Below, in pieces: positions 44,203-53,821 of a stretch of 64,000 nucleotides of DNA. The DNA is from Pseudomonadota bacterium (lineage in GTDB: Bacteria > Pseudomonadota > Gammaproteobacteria > Burkholderiales > Burkholderiaceae_C): contig JBJOIT010000007.1 in assembly GCA_046046915.1 (NCBI GenBank), forward strand, positions 2,214-66,213, in the 5' to 3' direction. The notes beneath the pieces were generated by a model. That model was not told the DNA's origin and made no database searches. It saw only the letters and a program-made list of their open reading frames with translations. Position 1 is the first letter of the stretch. Each line of letters begins with the position of its first letter. The translations under genes were made by a program, and so were the position numbers.

Positions 44203-45834
44203 TCAGGCCTGTGCTGCCGATTGCGCTTTTCGGCGCACGGCCCAGGTGGCCAACACCACCGCAGCGCATGCCAACCACACCGGCCACTGCCCCCAGCGGG
44301 AGACCCACCAGGCAAAAGGCGTGATCCCCGTGCGCCCCGTCACCTCGCCCAGGAGCACGCCCCTGGTGTGGCGTGGGAGGGCCTGGGTCACTCGGCCCAT
44401 GTGGTCGATGATGGCGGTGTCTCCGGTGTTGGTGGCGCGAATCACAGGGCGTTCAAACTCCAGCGCCCGCATGCGGCTGATGTGGCGGTGCTGATCCAGC
44501 GCCACGGTGTTACCAAACCAGGCCAGGTTGCTCACATTCACCAGCACGGTGGGCGCTTGATCTGGCAGCAGAAAACGGGCGCCCAGCTCCTCGCCAAACA
44601 AGTCCTCGTAGCAGACATTGGGCGCCAAACGCTGGCCTTGCCACTCAAAGGAAGTCTGGCCCACACTGCCACGATTGAAGTCGCCCAAAGGAATGTTCAT
44701 TAAGTTGGTGAACCACCGAAACAAGGGGGGAATGAACTCGCCGAAGGGCACCAGGTGGTGTTTGTCGTATTGGTAATAGCCCACCCCGGCGGCTGGCACA
44801 GGCTTCAGGCCCACCACGGAATTGGTGTAGCCCTGGGCCAGGTCGCCCAAGGGCATGCCCAACAAGGCAGCCTGTGAACCAGACGCAAAAGCGCGGTTCA
44901 AAGCGGGCCAGTAGTCCGGTGGCAACTGCTGAGGCAGCAGGGGCAAAGCGGTCTCAGGCGCCACCACCAGCGCCGCCGGCTGTACCCGCAACTGCTCGCC
45001 GTACCACTGCAAGGCATCGGCGACCCCGGTGCCCATCTGAAACTTCTCGTCTTGTGCAATGTTGCCCTGCAACAAGGCCACGCTCAGGCCACCGTTGGCC
45101 ACGCTATAACTGGGCAAGGGCGTCGGGCTCCACCAGAACGCAGGGCTCACCAGCACCACGCCCGCCAGCACTTGCCACCTCTTAGGCCTAGCCCACACAC
45201 CCGCCAGGACTGCCGCGACGAAGGCCACCAAAGCGGTAAGTCCGTAGGCCCCCAGCCACTTCACCAGCACCCCCAGCCCGTTGACATGGGCATAAGCAGC
45301 AGCACCCCAGCCAAATCCGGTCAACCAGGTGCCCCGCGCCATTTCGGCCATCGTCCACAGTGCGGCAAACAGCGCTGAGCGCGCCCAAACACCGCTGGGC
45401 GCGATGGCACGGTAGACAGCACCCGCCAGCGCGTAATACGCGGCCAGCGCTAGCGCCAGCGCCAGCACTGCCAAGGCAGCCAAGGGGGCGCTCAGATCAC
45501 CATAGGTGTTCATGGCGACAAACAGCCACCAGAAGGTGCCGACCAGCCAGCTGGTGGCAAACACCCAAGCCCTTGCAGCTGCCTGCCCAGGCGACTGGGC
45601 TACCTGGAGCTGTGCCACCAACACCGCCATGGCCAACAGTTGCAGCCAGCCTGCGGGCTCGTGGTTCCAGGGTGTGGACAACGCCAGGGCATGGGCCAGG
45701 CCGGCCATGACGAGGAACAGACCGGACCAAGTCAACGGGTACAAGGCCTTGCGATGCGTCAAGGGCTGGGCGAGACCTTGAACCACTTGACCGCGCCGCC
45801 ACGCGTGTGCAGCACCACAAAATCCAGGCCACAC
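44203..45834 (-). CDS. lnt: Apolipoprotein N-acyltransferase
   Basis: Multi-TM N-terminus plus a C-terminal nitrilase-like CN-hydrolase domain (VVAPETALP, CYEDLFGEE, LVNVSNLAWFG). The start is uncertain: the annotated start overlaps corC by 76 nt. Confidence 0.88.
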   Translation of the reverse strand: MWPGFCGAAHAWRRGQVVQGLAQPLTHRKALYPLTWSGLFLVMAGLAHALALSTPWNHEPAGWLQLLAMAVLVAQLQVAQSPGQAAARAWVFATSWLVGTFWWLFVAMNTYGDLSAPLAALAVLALALALAAYYALAGAVYRAIAPSGVWARSALFAALWTMAEMARGTWLTGFGWGAAAYAHVNGLGVLVKWLGAYGLTALVAFVAAVLAGVWARPKRWQVLAGVVLVSPAFWWSPTPLPSYSVANGGLSVALLQGNIAQDEKFQMGTGVADALQWYGEQLRVQPAALVVAPETALPLLPQQLPPDYWPALNRAFASGSQAALLGMPLGDLAQGYTNSVVGLKPVPAAGVGYYQYDKHHLVPFGEFIPPLFRWFTNLMNIPLGDFNRGSVGQTSFEWQGQRLAPNVCYEDLFGEELGARFLLPDQAPTVLVNVSNLAWFGNTVALDQHRHISRMRALEFERPVIRATNTGDTAIIDHMGRVTQALPRHTRGVLLGEVTGRTGITPFAWWVSRWGQWPVWLACAAVVLATWAVRRKAQSAAQA

Positions 45835-46616
45835 AGGCTGTAGCGCTCGCCGCGCTTGGGCACATGGCCCATTTCATGCGCAATCAGACCGCCAATGGTG
45901 TCGAATTCGTCCTCGGGGTCGGCCCCCACCAGCGTGACGCCAAAAGCATCGTTCACCCGGTCGATGGCAATGTCGCCACTGACGCGGTAGGTGCGGTCGG
46001 CCAGCGCGTAGATGTCGCCAGGATTCTCGGGAAGATCAAACTCATCCTCGATCTCCCCCACGATTTGTTCCAGCACGTCCTCAATGGTGATGAGCCCGGC
46101 GACACGACCGAACTCGTCTATCACGATGGCCAGATGGTTGCGGTTGCCCCGGAACTCGCGCAGCAGGTCGTTCAGACCTTTACTCTCTGGCACAAAAACA
46201 GCTGGCCGTAGCAGGGCACGAATATTGAGCTCCGGCGCCCGCTGCAACTTGAGCAGATCCTTTGCCAGTAGGATGCCAATGATGTTTTCGCGATCCCCCT
46301 CAAACACTGGAAAGCGCGAGTGCGCCGTGTCGATCACCACATGCAGCATGGTGTCCATGGGCGCCTGAATGTCGAGCAGGTCCATGCGGGTGGCTGGCAC
46401 CATGACTTCGCCTGCGCTCATTTCTGCCATGCGAATCACGCCTTCGAGCATGTTGCGCGACTCGGCGTCGATCACATGGTTGTCCTCGGCATCGGCCAAG
46501 GTTTCCATCAGTTCAGCGGTTGAATCCGGGCCGGGATGGATAAATTCGGCCAGCTTTTGCAGAAATGTGCGCTTGTCTTCCCGTTCGGAAGGGCGCGCAG
46601 GATGAGGGTCGGACAC
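45759..46616 (-). CDS. corC: CorC/HlyC-family Mg2+/Co2+ efflux-associated protein (CBS pair + CorC_HlyC domain)
   Basis: MVPATRMDLLD, HSRFPVFEGDRENIIGILLAKDLL, IVIDEFGRVAGLITIEDVLEQIVGEIEDE, and the C-terminal transporter-associated domain. Confidence 0.9.
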   Translation of the reverse strand: MSDPHPARPSEREDKRTFLQKLAEFIHPGPDSTAELMETLADAEDNHVIDAESRNMLEGVIRMAEMSAGEVMVPATRMDLLDIQAPMDTMLHVVIDTAHSRFPVFEGDRENIIGILLAKDLLKLQRAPELNIRALLRPAVFVPESKGLNDLLREFRGNRNHLAIVIDEFGRVAGLITIEDVLEQIVGEIEDEFDLPENPGDIYALADRTYRVSGDIAIDRVNDAFGVTLVGADPEDEFDTIGGLIAHEMGHVPKRGERYSLCGLDFVVLHTRGGAVKWFKVSPSP

Positions 46617-46678
46617 TGCGGTTTGGCGGATTCGCCGTTGTTTCGATGCCTCTAGGATAGCGGATGGATCTGACAGCC

Positions 46679-47398
46679 TTATGGCGACAGTTCGCGTGCT
46701 GCCTTGAGCAAACGCTCGCGCAGGGTGCGAAACTGCCCAAACACCTGCCGCAACTGGCGGGCATGTAGCTTGAGCTGGTAGTCGGTTTGAGCCACTTGCT
46801 CATCGATCAGGGCAGAAACGCGGCTGTCCAGCGTCGCGGGTAAAAGCTGCAAGTGCGCTTCAGTCTCAGTGCCCTGACGTTCGACAGCGGCGCCCACAAC
46901 GTGGGCAATACGCACCATGGCCGTGTTTTCGCTCAAAGCGTGAATCTGCAACTGAGTGACACCCTCATTGCGCGCATGGGTCACAGCGCGTTCAATCAGG
47001 CGCAGGCCATAACCCCGTCCCCGGGCTGAGGCCGCCACGGATACGCCAAACTCGGCCGCAGGCTCCTGTCCCCAGCGTTGCACAAAGGCCAGATGCGCCA
47101 TCGCCAACAGTTCAAGCTTGCGGTTGAAGATGCCAAAAATGGTATCCAGGTCGAAATGCAGGCTGTCGGTGTAGCGCCGAATCTGGTCATCGCTGGCCAT
47201 GTGCCCAAAACGCAGGTAGCGGTCACGCTCGGGGAGTGCAAGCAAATGCCGGGTCACCTGTTCACGGTGTTCAGTCCCCAATCGCCGTATGGGCACCAAG
47301 CCCGCGCGGCGATCCGAATCGCTGTGGGCACCAGAGACAGCGTCCTCGCTCCTAGCGCTGGCTGATGTTGGAGGCAAATCCTTGGGTGGCGTGGTCAT
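46679..47398 (-). CDS. GNAT-family N-acetyltransferase with C-terminal helical extension
   Basis: RYLRF...EFGVSVAASARGRGYGLRLIERAVTHARNEG matches the acetyl-CoA-binding motif A (R/Q-x-x-G-x-G/A). 239 aa. No clear RBS. Confidence 0.7.
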   Translation of the reverse strand: MTTPPKDLPPTSASARSEDAVSGAHSDSDRRAGLVPIRRLGTEHREQVTRHLLALPERDRYLRFGHMASDDQIRRYTDSLHFDLDTIFGIFNRKLELLAMAHLAFVQRWGQEPAAEFGVSVAASARGRGYGLRLIERAVTHARNEGVTQLQIHALSENTAMVRIAHVVGAAVERQGTETEAHLQLLPATLDSRVSALIDEQVAQTDYQLKLHARQLRQVFGQFRTLRERLLKAARELSP

Positions 47399-47456
47399 GC
47401 ATGAAATATAAGGGTTAACCCTAGATTTGCACGAAACACTATCAAAACCCTAGCAC

Positions 47457-47476
47457 ATTGGGGGCCATCCCCCAAT
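47457..47476 (-). terminator. Hairpin after cheB (possible terminator)
   Basis: ATTGGGGG-CCAT-CCCCCAAT forms an 8-bp perfect stem 14 nt downstream of the cheB stop. On the minus strand the following T-run (GGGTTTTG) is not adjacent to the stem. Confidence 0.35.
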
Positions 47477-47489
47477 CGCAGCGGAGCGC

Positions 47490-48587
47490 TCAGACCCGGT
47501 AACGGTCGACGGACCCGCGCAATTTGGCCATCAGCGCACCGGCAATGGCGGTGACAGGCAGGACTTCGTCAGCAGCACCGTGGGCGATGGCTTCACGTGG
47601 CATGCCAAACACGATGCAACTGGCCTCGTCTTGCACAAAGTTGTAGCTGCCCGCATCCTTCATCTCACGCATGGCCTTGGCCCCGTCAGCCCCCATGCCG
47701 GTGAGCATGATGCCGTAGGCATTGCGCCCCACCAGCGCTGCCGCCGACTTGAACAGAACCTCCACCGAAGGCTTGTGCCGGTTCACCGGCTCGCCATCTT
47801 CCACCACCGCCACATAGTTGGCGCCGCTGCGGCCAATACGAAATTGTTTGCCTCCCGGCGCAATATAGGCATGCCCCGGCAAGATGCGCTCGCCGTTTTC
47901 GGCCTCTTTCACCGTCATTTGACACAAGCTGTTCAAACGGGCCGCAAAACTGGTGGTAAAGCCAGGCGGCATGTGTTGTGTGATGGCAATGGCCGGGCAA
48001 TCTGCCGGCAGGCGTATCAGTACCTCTTTGACGGCCTCAGTGCCACCGGTCGACGAGCCGATACAGATCAACTTCTCGGTAGACAGTCGCCCCATCAGGG
48101 CGGGTGCAGACTCGGTGCTGGCGGGTTTGCTGGGCAGCCCGGCCGTAGGGGCGATAGCCGCGCGTTTGATACGCGCCGCAGCCGCCACGCGAATCTTGTC
48201 GACGATCATGCCGGCGAGCTCCTTGATGCCGTCGGTCAGACCTATACGCGGTTTGGCCACAAAGTCGACCGCGCCCAGCTCCAGCGCGCGCATGGTGACC
48301 TCGGCGCCGCGTTCGGTCAAGGTCGAAATCATGACCACCGGCATGGGCCGCAGGCGCATGAGCCGACCCAGAAAATCAAGGCCATCCATGCGGGGCATTT
48401 CCACGTCCAGGGTGATCACGTCCGGGTTGAGCTCACGAATCATTTCACGCGCGATCAGCGGGTCATTGGCCGTGCCCACACATTCCATGTCCGCTTGCCG
48501 ATTGATGATTTCAGCCAACAGGCTACGAACCAAGGCCGAATCATCTACCACCACCACTCGAATCTTCTTCAACACCAGCCCCCTCAA
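47490..48587 (-). CDS. cheB: Chemotaxis response regulator protein-glutamate methylesterase
   Basis: REC domain ([22 protein letters not shown]) plus methylesterase domain (IGSSTGG, ITQHMP, GMGADG). Confidence 0.95.
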   Translation of the reverse strand: MRGLVLKKIRVVVVDDSALVRSLLAEIINRQADMECVGTANDPLIAREMIRELNPDVITLDVEMPRMDGLDFLGRLMRLRPMPVVMISTLTERGAEVTMRALELGAVDFVAKPRIGLTDGIKELAGMIVDKIRVAAAARIKRAAIAPTAGLPSKPASTESAPALMGRLSTEKLICIGSSTGGTEAVKEVLIRLPADCPAIAITQHMPPGFTTSFAARLNSLCQMTVKEAENGERILPGHAYIAPGGKQFRIGRSGANYVAVVEDGEPVNRHKPSVEVLFKSAAALVGRNAYGIMLTGMGADGAKAMREMKDAGSYNFVQDEASCIVFGMPREAIAHGAADEVLPVTAIAGALMAKLRGSVDRYRV

Positions 48588-49285
48588 AACAGATCGACAG
48601 ACCCACCGGCCGTGGACTTGGCCACGCTTGCGGCATTGCCCCGGCGCTCTTCCACCGCCAAGGACTCGGGGTGAGAGTGAGCCAGGCGCTTGACCAGTGC
48701 CTTGCCGGTCACCGGAAAAAAGCAGACTTTGCGCGGATGGATGTCCAGGACGTCCTGAGACACCACCGGGATGCGCTCAGTGGCCAGGTAGTCACGCACA
48801 AAAGCTGTGTTGCGCTCGCCCACGTTCATGGACGTGAATCCGGCCATGACCTGCGCGCCGCCAAAAATCTTGGCCTGCATGGTCTCCCGGCGCGCGCCTT
48901 GCTTGATCAGTTCATTGATCAGCAATTCCATCGCATATGAGCCATATCGGCCAGATCCATCACCTGTGTCCCCATCCGGCAGCATAAAGTGATTCATCCC
49001 CCCGACGCGAGCCGGGCCATCCCAAATGCAGGCGGCGATGCAGGACCCCAGCACCGTCATGATGACCACATCCTGGCTGGAGACAAAGTACTCGCCGGGC
49101 AAGACCTTGACCGCGTCGTACTGAAAGTGGTGATCGGTGAAAAAGAAGGATGCCTCGCCGGGCTTGCGAGGCTGCGCCTTGAGCTGGTCCACCCGCGAGA
49201 CACGGCCATCGGCATACACCTTGGGCGCGGCATTCGCCAGCGCGGGACGCGCCTTGAGGGCAGCAAAACTGGGAGGAGACTGCAT
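48584..49285 (-). CDS. cheD: Chemoreceptor glutamine deamidase
   Basis: Hallmark CheD motifs [22 protein letters not shown] and KIFGGA. Confidence 0.92.
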   Translation of the reverse strand: MQSPPSFAALKARPALANAAPKVYADGRVSRVDQLKAQPRKPGEASFFFTDHHFQYDAVKVLPGEYFVSSQDVVIMTVLGSCIAACIWDGPARVGGMNHFMLPDGDTGDGSGRYGSYAMELLINELIKQGARRETMQAKIFGGAQVMAGFTSMNVGERNTAFVRDYLATERIPVVSQDVLDIHPRKVCFFPVTGKALVKRLAHSHPESLAVEERRGNAASVAKSTAGGSVDLF

Positions 49286-49287
49286 GC

Positions 49288-50166
49288 TCAGCGCCGCTCG
49301 TAAACCGTCTTGCCCTTGAGCACAAACAAATCGCGTGAGTCACCAAAATTCTCGGCGTGCCCCACAAACAACAAGCCACCCGGCTTGAGCACACGGTGGA
49401 TGCGCTCCAGCACCTGGCGCTGGGTTGGGCCATCAAAGTAAATCATCACGTTGCGGCAGAACACCACATCGAAAGGCTCACGAAACGGCCAGTCGTCGCG
49501 AATCAGGTTGACACTGATGAAGTCGATAGGTCTTTGCAGCTCAGGCCTAACTCGCACCATGCCTTCATTGGCACCCTTGCCACGCATGAAGAAGCGCTGC
49601 AGCTGCTCGGTACTGAGGTTCTTGGTACTGTCAATCTTGTAGACGCCGTTGGCTGCTGTCGCCAAGACCTTGGAGTCGATATCGCTGGCCGTCAGGGAAA
49701 AGGTCCCCTTGGGGCCCAGCGTCTCCAGCGCCGTCATGACGATGGAATAGGGTTCCTCGCCAGTGGACGCAGCACTGCACCACACCTTCCAGGGCGTCCC
49801 GGCCGGGCGAGACTTCAAGTGTTGGGCCAGCACCTCGAAGTGATGGTGCTCCCGAAAGAACGAGGTCAGATTGGTGGTGAGGGCGTTAATGAACTCCTGC
49901 CACTCCGGCCCATCGTGGTTTTCGAGCCAACCCAGGTAATCGTTGAAGCTCTGGAACCCTTTTTCACGCAAACGACGCGACAGGCGGCTGTACACCATGG
50001 CGTGTTTGCCGTCATGCAAGCTGATGCCGGCACGCTGATAAATGAGTTTCTGGACACGATCAAAGTCAGCGCTGGTCCAGGTGAACTCCCGATTCGCCTC
50101 TGTGGATGCGACCTCCGGACGGGGTCGCAAAGCGGAAGCCCGCGCCGCTGGTGGCTTAAGACTCAC
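49288..50166 (-). CDS. cheR: Chemotaxis protein methyltransferase
   Basis: TNLTSFFRE, WCSAASTGEEPYSI (SAM-binding region) and FCRNVMIYFD. Confidence 0.95.
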   Translation of the reverse strand: MSLKPPAARASALRPRPEVASTEANREFTWTSADFDRVQKLIYQRAGISLHDGKHAMVYSRLSRRLREKGFQSFNDYLGWLENHDGPEWQEFINALTTNLTSFFREHHHFEVLAQHLKSRPAGTPWKVWCSAASTGEEPYSIVMTALETLGPKGTFSLTASDIDSKVLATAANGVYKIDSTKNLSTEQLQRFFMRGKGANEGMVRVRPELQRPIDFISVNLIRDDWPFREPFDVVFCRNVMIYFDGPTQRQVLERIHRVLKPGGLLFVGHAENFGDSRDLFVLKGKTVYERR

Positions 50167-50644
50167 TGACGAGTCCCATGTCAGGGCTGGACATCAGATG
50201 CTCAATGTCCAACAGGATCAGCATGCGCTCGCCAAACGAGCCCAGCCCCACGACGGCGCTGCTGTCGATCATGCTGTCAATGTCGGGCGCTGGGCGCACG
50301 TTCTCTGCAGGAATCTCCATCACGTCGCTGACCGAATCCACCACCACACCCACGATGCGCTGACGCAGATTGAGAATGATCACCACGGTGGAGGTGTCGT
50401 AATTGGCACTGGCACACGCAAACTTGAGCCGCATGTCCACGATCGGCACGATGGTGCCGCGCAGGTTGATCACACCCTTGAGAAAGTCCGGTGCATTTGC
50501 AATGCGGGTTGGCCGCTCGTAGCCGCGGATTTCCTGCACCTTCAGGATGTCGATCCCATACTCTTCGCGGTCCAGACGAAAGGTCAGGTACTCGCGTGCG
50601 CCGACGGCACTTGCATGTTCCAGTTTTTCCATGGCACCCATCAT
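50156..50644 (-). CDS. cheW: Chemotaxis coupling protein
   Basis: 162 aa. EYLTFRLDREEYGIDILKVQEIRGY and INLRGTIVPIVDMR. Confidence 0.95.
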   Translation of the reverse strand: MMGAMEKLEHASAVGAREYLTFRLDREEYGIDILKVQEIRGYERPTRIANAPDFLKGVINLRGTIVPIVDMRLKFACASANYDTSTVVIILNLRQRIVGVVVDSVSDVMEIPAENVRPAPDIDSMIDSSAVVGLGSFGERMLILLDIEHLMSSPDMGLVSES

Positions 50645-50664
50645 TTACCCCTTGTTGAGCATCA

Positions 50665-52776
50665 TCAGTGACGTGAGCGACGCACCAGCGCCGCCGTGTC
50701 CAGAATCAGAGCGACTTTGCCATCGCCCAAGATCGTGGCACCCGACACATTGGGAACCTTGCGGTAGTTGGACTCCAGGTTCTTGACCACCACCTGCTGC
50801 TGGCCCAGTAACTCGTCCACCAGCAGGGCCACTCGGCTGCCTTCTGCCTCGATCACCACCATGATGTCACTGGTCTTGTCGAGGTCGTAGCGCGGCACCT
50901 GAAAGACTTTTTCGAGACCGATCACCGGCATGTACTCGTCGCGCACCTTCACCAGCTGCGAGCCCTGCCCCACGGTGGTCACGGTTTCAGACTTAACCTG
51001 GAAGGACTCCACCACCGACGAGAGCGGTAACAGGTAGACCTCGTCACCGACCCCCACCGACATGCCGTCCATGATGGCCAGAGTCAGTGGCAAGCGCACA
51101 GACACTTTCATGCCCTGGCCTTCGTTCGATTCGATTTCAACCGTGCCGTTCAGGGCAGAGATGTTTCGTTTGACCACGTCCATCCCCACGCCGCGGCCAG
51201 ACACATCGGTCACGACCTCGGCCGTGGAGAAGCCAGGAGCAAAAATCAGTTGCCAGACTTCGGCGTCGGACATCTGGTCAGACACATCGAGGCCACGTTC
51301 GCGGGCTTTGCGTAGTATCTTTTCACGCGACATGCCCCGGCCATCGTCGCGCACCTCGATCACGATGGAGCCACCCTGGTGGGCTGCCGACAAGGTGATG
51401 GTGCCGGTTTCGGGCTTGCCCGCAGCGCGCCGGTCTGCAGGCATCTCTATGCCGTGGTCGCAACTGTTGCGCACCAGGTGGGTCAAGGGATCGGTGATTT
51501 TTTCAACCAGGCCCTTGTCCAGCTCGGTCGCCTCGCCCTGGGTCACGAAATCAACTTTCTTGCCCAGCTTGCCAGCCAAGTCACGCAGCATGCGCGGGAA
51601 GCGGCTGAACACCACCGACATTGGGATCATGCGGATCGACATGACCGACTCTTGCAGGTCACGGGTGTTGCGGTCGAGGTCGCCCAGGCCCGACAACAGC
51701 AGCTGGTGCAGTGCGGGATCGAGCGCGCGGCTGTTTTGGGCCAGCATGGCTTGTGTGATGACCAGTTCACCCACCAGGTTGATCAACTGGTCCACCTTGC
51801 TGATGGCTACACGAATGGTGGCTGCTTCCGGCGCTGCAGCAGGCACGGCTACCCTGGCGCCCGCCACGGCAGGCTTGCCCGAATGGGCGTCCGGGGCGTC
51901 ATGGTGAGCCAAGGGCGCCCCCGATGACGGCGCACCGGGCGCGTCGTCAAAGAAGCCGTAGAACGGTGCCGGGGCCAGAGGCGCATCTGCCGGTGGATCG
52001 TCGGACACAAACGCTGCTTCCACAGCACCCGCCGGGCTGATGCGCACAATGTCACGGGACACATGAAAAGCAAACAGGTCTAAAAGGTCATCATCCGTGG
52101 ACGTGGTCTTGACCTGGAACACACGCACCTTGGCATCTGAGCTGGTCTTGACCTCGATGTCACCCAGGCCGGGAATGTCGCGAAACAGATCCTTGACAGC
52201 GTCCGCCTGCTCCGGCTTGTCCATGGGACCTATCGTGATCGTCAATGTGCGCAGGCCACCAGCCTCGACAACTGGTGCAGCAGCGGGCACTGGAGGGGCG
52301 ACCACAGCGGCGGCCACCGGCTCGGGTGCTGGTTTGGCAGGGGCAGCCACGGCCTTGCCAGACGCCAGAGCTGCGATCCTGGCCACCAGGTCTGCCGTGG
52401 GCGTTGCCTCGCCTTCACCACCCGCCTGGTGACGCGCGAGCAGGCTGCGCGACGCGTCGGCAGATTCCAGCAAGACATCGACCATCATGGCGTTGGGCTG
52501 CAGCTCGTGGCGGCGCAGGCGGTCCAACAGAGACTCCATCTGGTGCGTCAACTCCGCCACGTCCGAAAAACCAAAGGTGGCGGCACCGCCCTTCACCGAG
52601 TGGGCGCAGCGGAAAATGCCATTGAGCTCTTCGTCGTCAGCAGTCTCCAGATTCAGATTGAGCAACATCTGCTCCATCAGGTCCAGGTTTTCTCCGGCTT
52701 CCTCAAAAAAGATTTGATAGAACTGGGTGAGGTCGAAATCACCGCCTGAACCGCTGTCTTGATGTACGTCTGACAT
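50665..52776 (-). CDS. cheA: Chemotaxis histidine kinase
   Basis: HPt block FRCAHSVKGGAATFGF, the dimerisation/HATPase regions (HLVRNSCDHGIE, GRGVGMDVV) and a C-terminal CheW-like domain. Confidence 0.95.
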   Translation of the reverse strand: MSDVHQDSGSGGDFDLTQFYQIFFEEAGENLDLMEQMLLNLNLETADDEELNGIFRCAHSVKGGAATFGFSDVAELTHQMESLLDRLRRHELQPNAMMVDVLLESADASRSLLARHQAGGEGEATPTADLVARIAALASGKAVAAPAKPAPEPVAAAVVAPPVPAAAPVVEAGGLRTLTITIGPMDKPEQADAVKDLFRDIPGLGDIEVKTSSDAKVRVFQVKTTSTDDDLLDLFAFHVSRDIVRISPAGAVEAAFVSDDPPADAPLAPAPFYGFFDDAPGAPSSGAPLAHHDAPDAHSGKPAVAGARVAVPAAAPEAATIRVAISKVDQLINLVGELVITQAMLAQNSRALDPALHQLLLSGLGDLDRNTRDLQESVMSIRMIPMSVVFSRFPRMLRDLAGKLGKKVDFVTQGEATELDKGLVEKITDPLTHLVRNSCDHGIEMPADRRAAGKPETGTITLSAAHQGGSIVIEVRDDGRGMSREKILRKARERGLDVSDQMSDAEVWQLIFAPGFSTAEVVTDVSGRGVGMDVVKRNISALNGTVEIESNEGQGMKVSVRLPLTLAIMDGMSVGVGDEVYLLPLSSVVESFQVKSETVTTVGQGSQLVKVRDEYMPVIGLEKVFQVPRYDLDKTSDIMVVIEAEGSRVALLVDELLGQQQVVVKNLESNYRKVPNVSGATILGDGKVALILDTAALVRRSRH

Positions 52777-52819
52777 ACCTGCCTCCTGTTGGATCAGCCT
52801 CGTTGCACGGACTGATGGC

Positions 52820-53182
52820 TTATTTAACGACCTTCTTGATCACTTCCAGCAATCGTGCGGGATCGAATGGCTTGACCAGCCAGCCGGTCGCGCCAGCTGC
52901 ACGGCCAGCCTGCTTCATGAGGTCGCTGGACTCGGTGGTCAACATGAGGATGGGAACCGTTTTGAAATTGGGGTGCTCGCGCAACTTGCGGGTCAGGCCC
53001 AAGCCGTCCAGCCTGGGCATGTTCTGATCGGTCAGAACCAGATCAAAGGTTTGGCGCTGCGCTTTTTCGAAAGCGTCGATGCCATCAACAGCTTCCACCA
53101 CTTGGTGGCCTGCACCGATGAGGGTGAAAGACACCATCTTGCGCATGGATGGTGAGTCGTCTACGGCGAGTATCAAGGACAT
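52820..53182 (-). CDS. cheY: Chemotaxis response regulator
   Basis: 120 aa. ILAVDDSPSMRK, LVLTDQNMPRLDG, MLTTES and LVKPF. Confidence 0.95.
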   Translation of the reverse strand: MSLILAVDDSPSMRKMVSFTLIGAGHQVVEAVDGIDAFEKAQRQTFDLVLTDQNMPRLDGLGLTRKLREHPNFKTVPILMLTTESSDLMKQAGRAAGATGWLVKPFDPARLLEVIKKVVK

Positions 53183-53220
53183 GAAAGGCTCCGAAAAGGG
53201 TGCAGCGAGTACGGGTCAGG

Positions 53221-53772
53221 CTAAAAAAGTTCGATGGAACCAGCGTCCATCTCGTCTTGCGTTACGGGGTTGGGCCGCTCAGGCACGTCATCCACAAAGG
53301 GCACCGCCTCGCCATCCTCGTTACCCATGGATTCGGCGGCCAGGCGGTAAGCGCAACCCTGCAAAATCTTGGAGGTGTGCACGATCAGCTGGGAGGCAAG
53401 ATCCTGAAACTGCAGCTCGGTCACTGCGGCATTCAAGGCGTTACGCACACCATCGAGCTCGGTCTTGCCAGCCAGGGCGGGCGAAGCGAGGTCTGCACTG
53501 GCAGCGGTAAAACGCTGCATCAAGTTGTCCATGGTGTGAGCGAGAAGATTGTCCAGGCGCGCCAGGTCGTGCACCACCACCAGCAGTGAATCCTGCAGTT
53601 CGGCCACCAGCATGACGGGCAAACGCACGCCAGGCTCGGTGTTGTCAGAGGGGCTCGAGGACATATCGCTGTCGTATTTCGTGGGATAAAAACCGCCATC
53701 GGTTTGAATAGGCCACGGCACAAGTTCAAGGACGCTTAGGTTAGCAGGCTTTGAGCCCGTTGAGATCGGCAC
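53221..53772 (-). CDS. Divergent CheZ-like protein (putative CheY-P phosphatase); start uncertain
   Basis: First gene of the che operon, directly upstream of cheY. Contains ELQFQDLASQLIVH (compare the CheZ active-site block DFQDLTGQ with catalytic D-x-x-x-Q). The acidic C-terminus QDEMDAGSIELF resembles the CheY-binding C-terminal peptide of CheZ. Candidate starts are GTG 53772 and ATG 53664. Confidence 0.55.
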   Translation of the reverse strand: MPISTGSKPANLSVLELVPWPIQTDGGFYPTKYDSDMSSSPSDNTEPGVRLPVMLVAELQDSLLVVVHDLARLDNLLAHTMDNLMQRFTAASADLASPALAGKTELDGVRNALNAAVTELQFQDLASQLIVHTSKILQGCAYRLAAESMGNEDGEAVPFVDDVPERPNPVTQDEMDAGSIELF

Positions 53773-53821
53773 CAGACCAAATCACCAGCACTCATCGCGG
53801 CCTGACTATCATAGCCCCACC

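Noticed and set aside
41077-44703. Two very long plus-strand ORFs (549 aa and 610 aa) antisense to glyS, glyQ and lnt.
   Set aside because: The opposite strand encodes essential, highly conserved genes with unmistakable motifs. The antisense translations are low-complexity.
45759-45834. 76-nt overlap between the annotated lnt start and the corC 3' end, as a possible unusual gene overlap.
   Set aside because: It is most likely an over-extended lnt ORF. Internal start candidates (for example ATG at 45708) remove the overlap, and the first 40 residues are not lnt-like.
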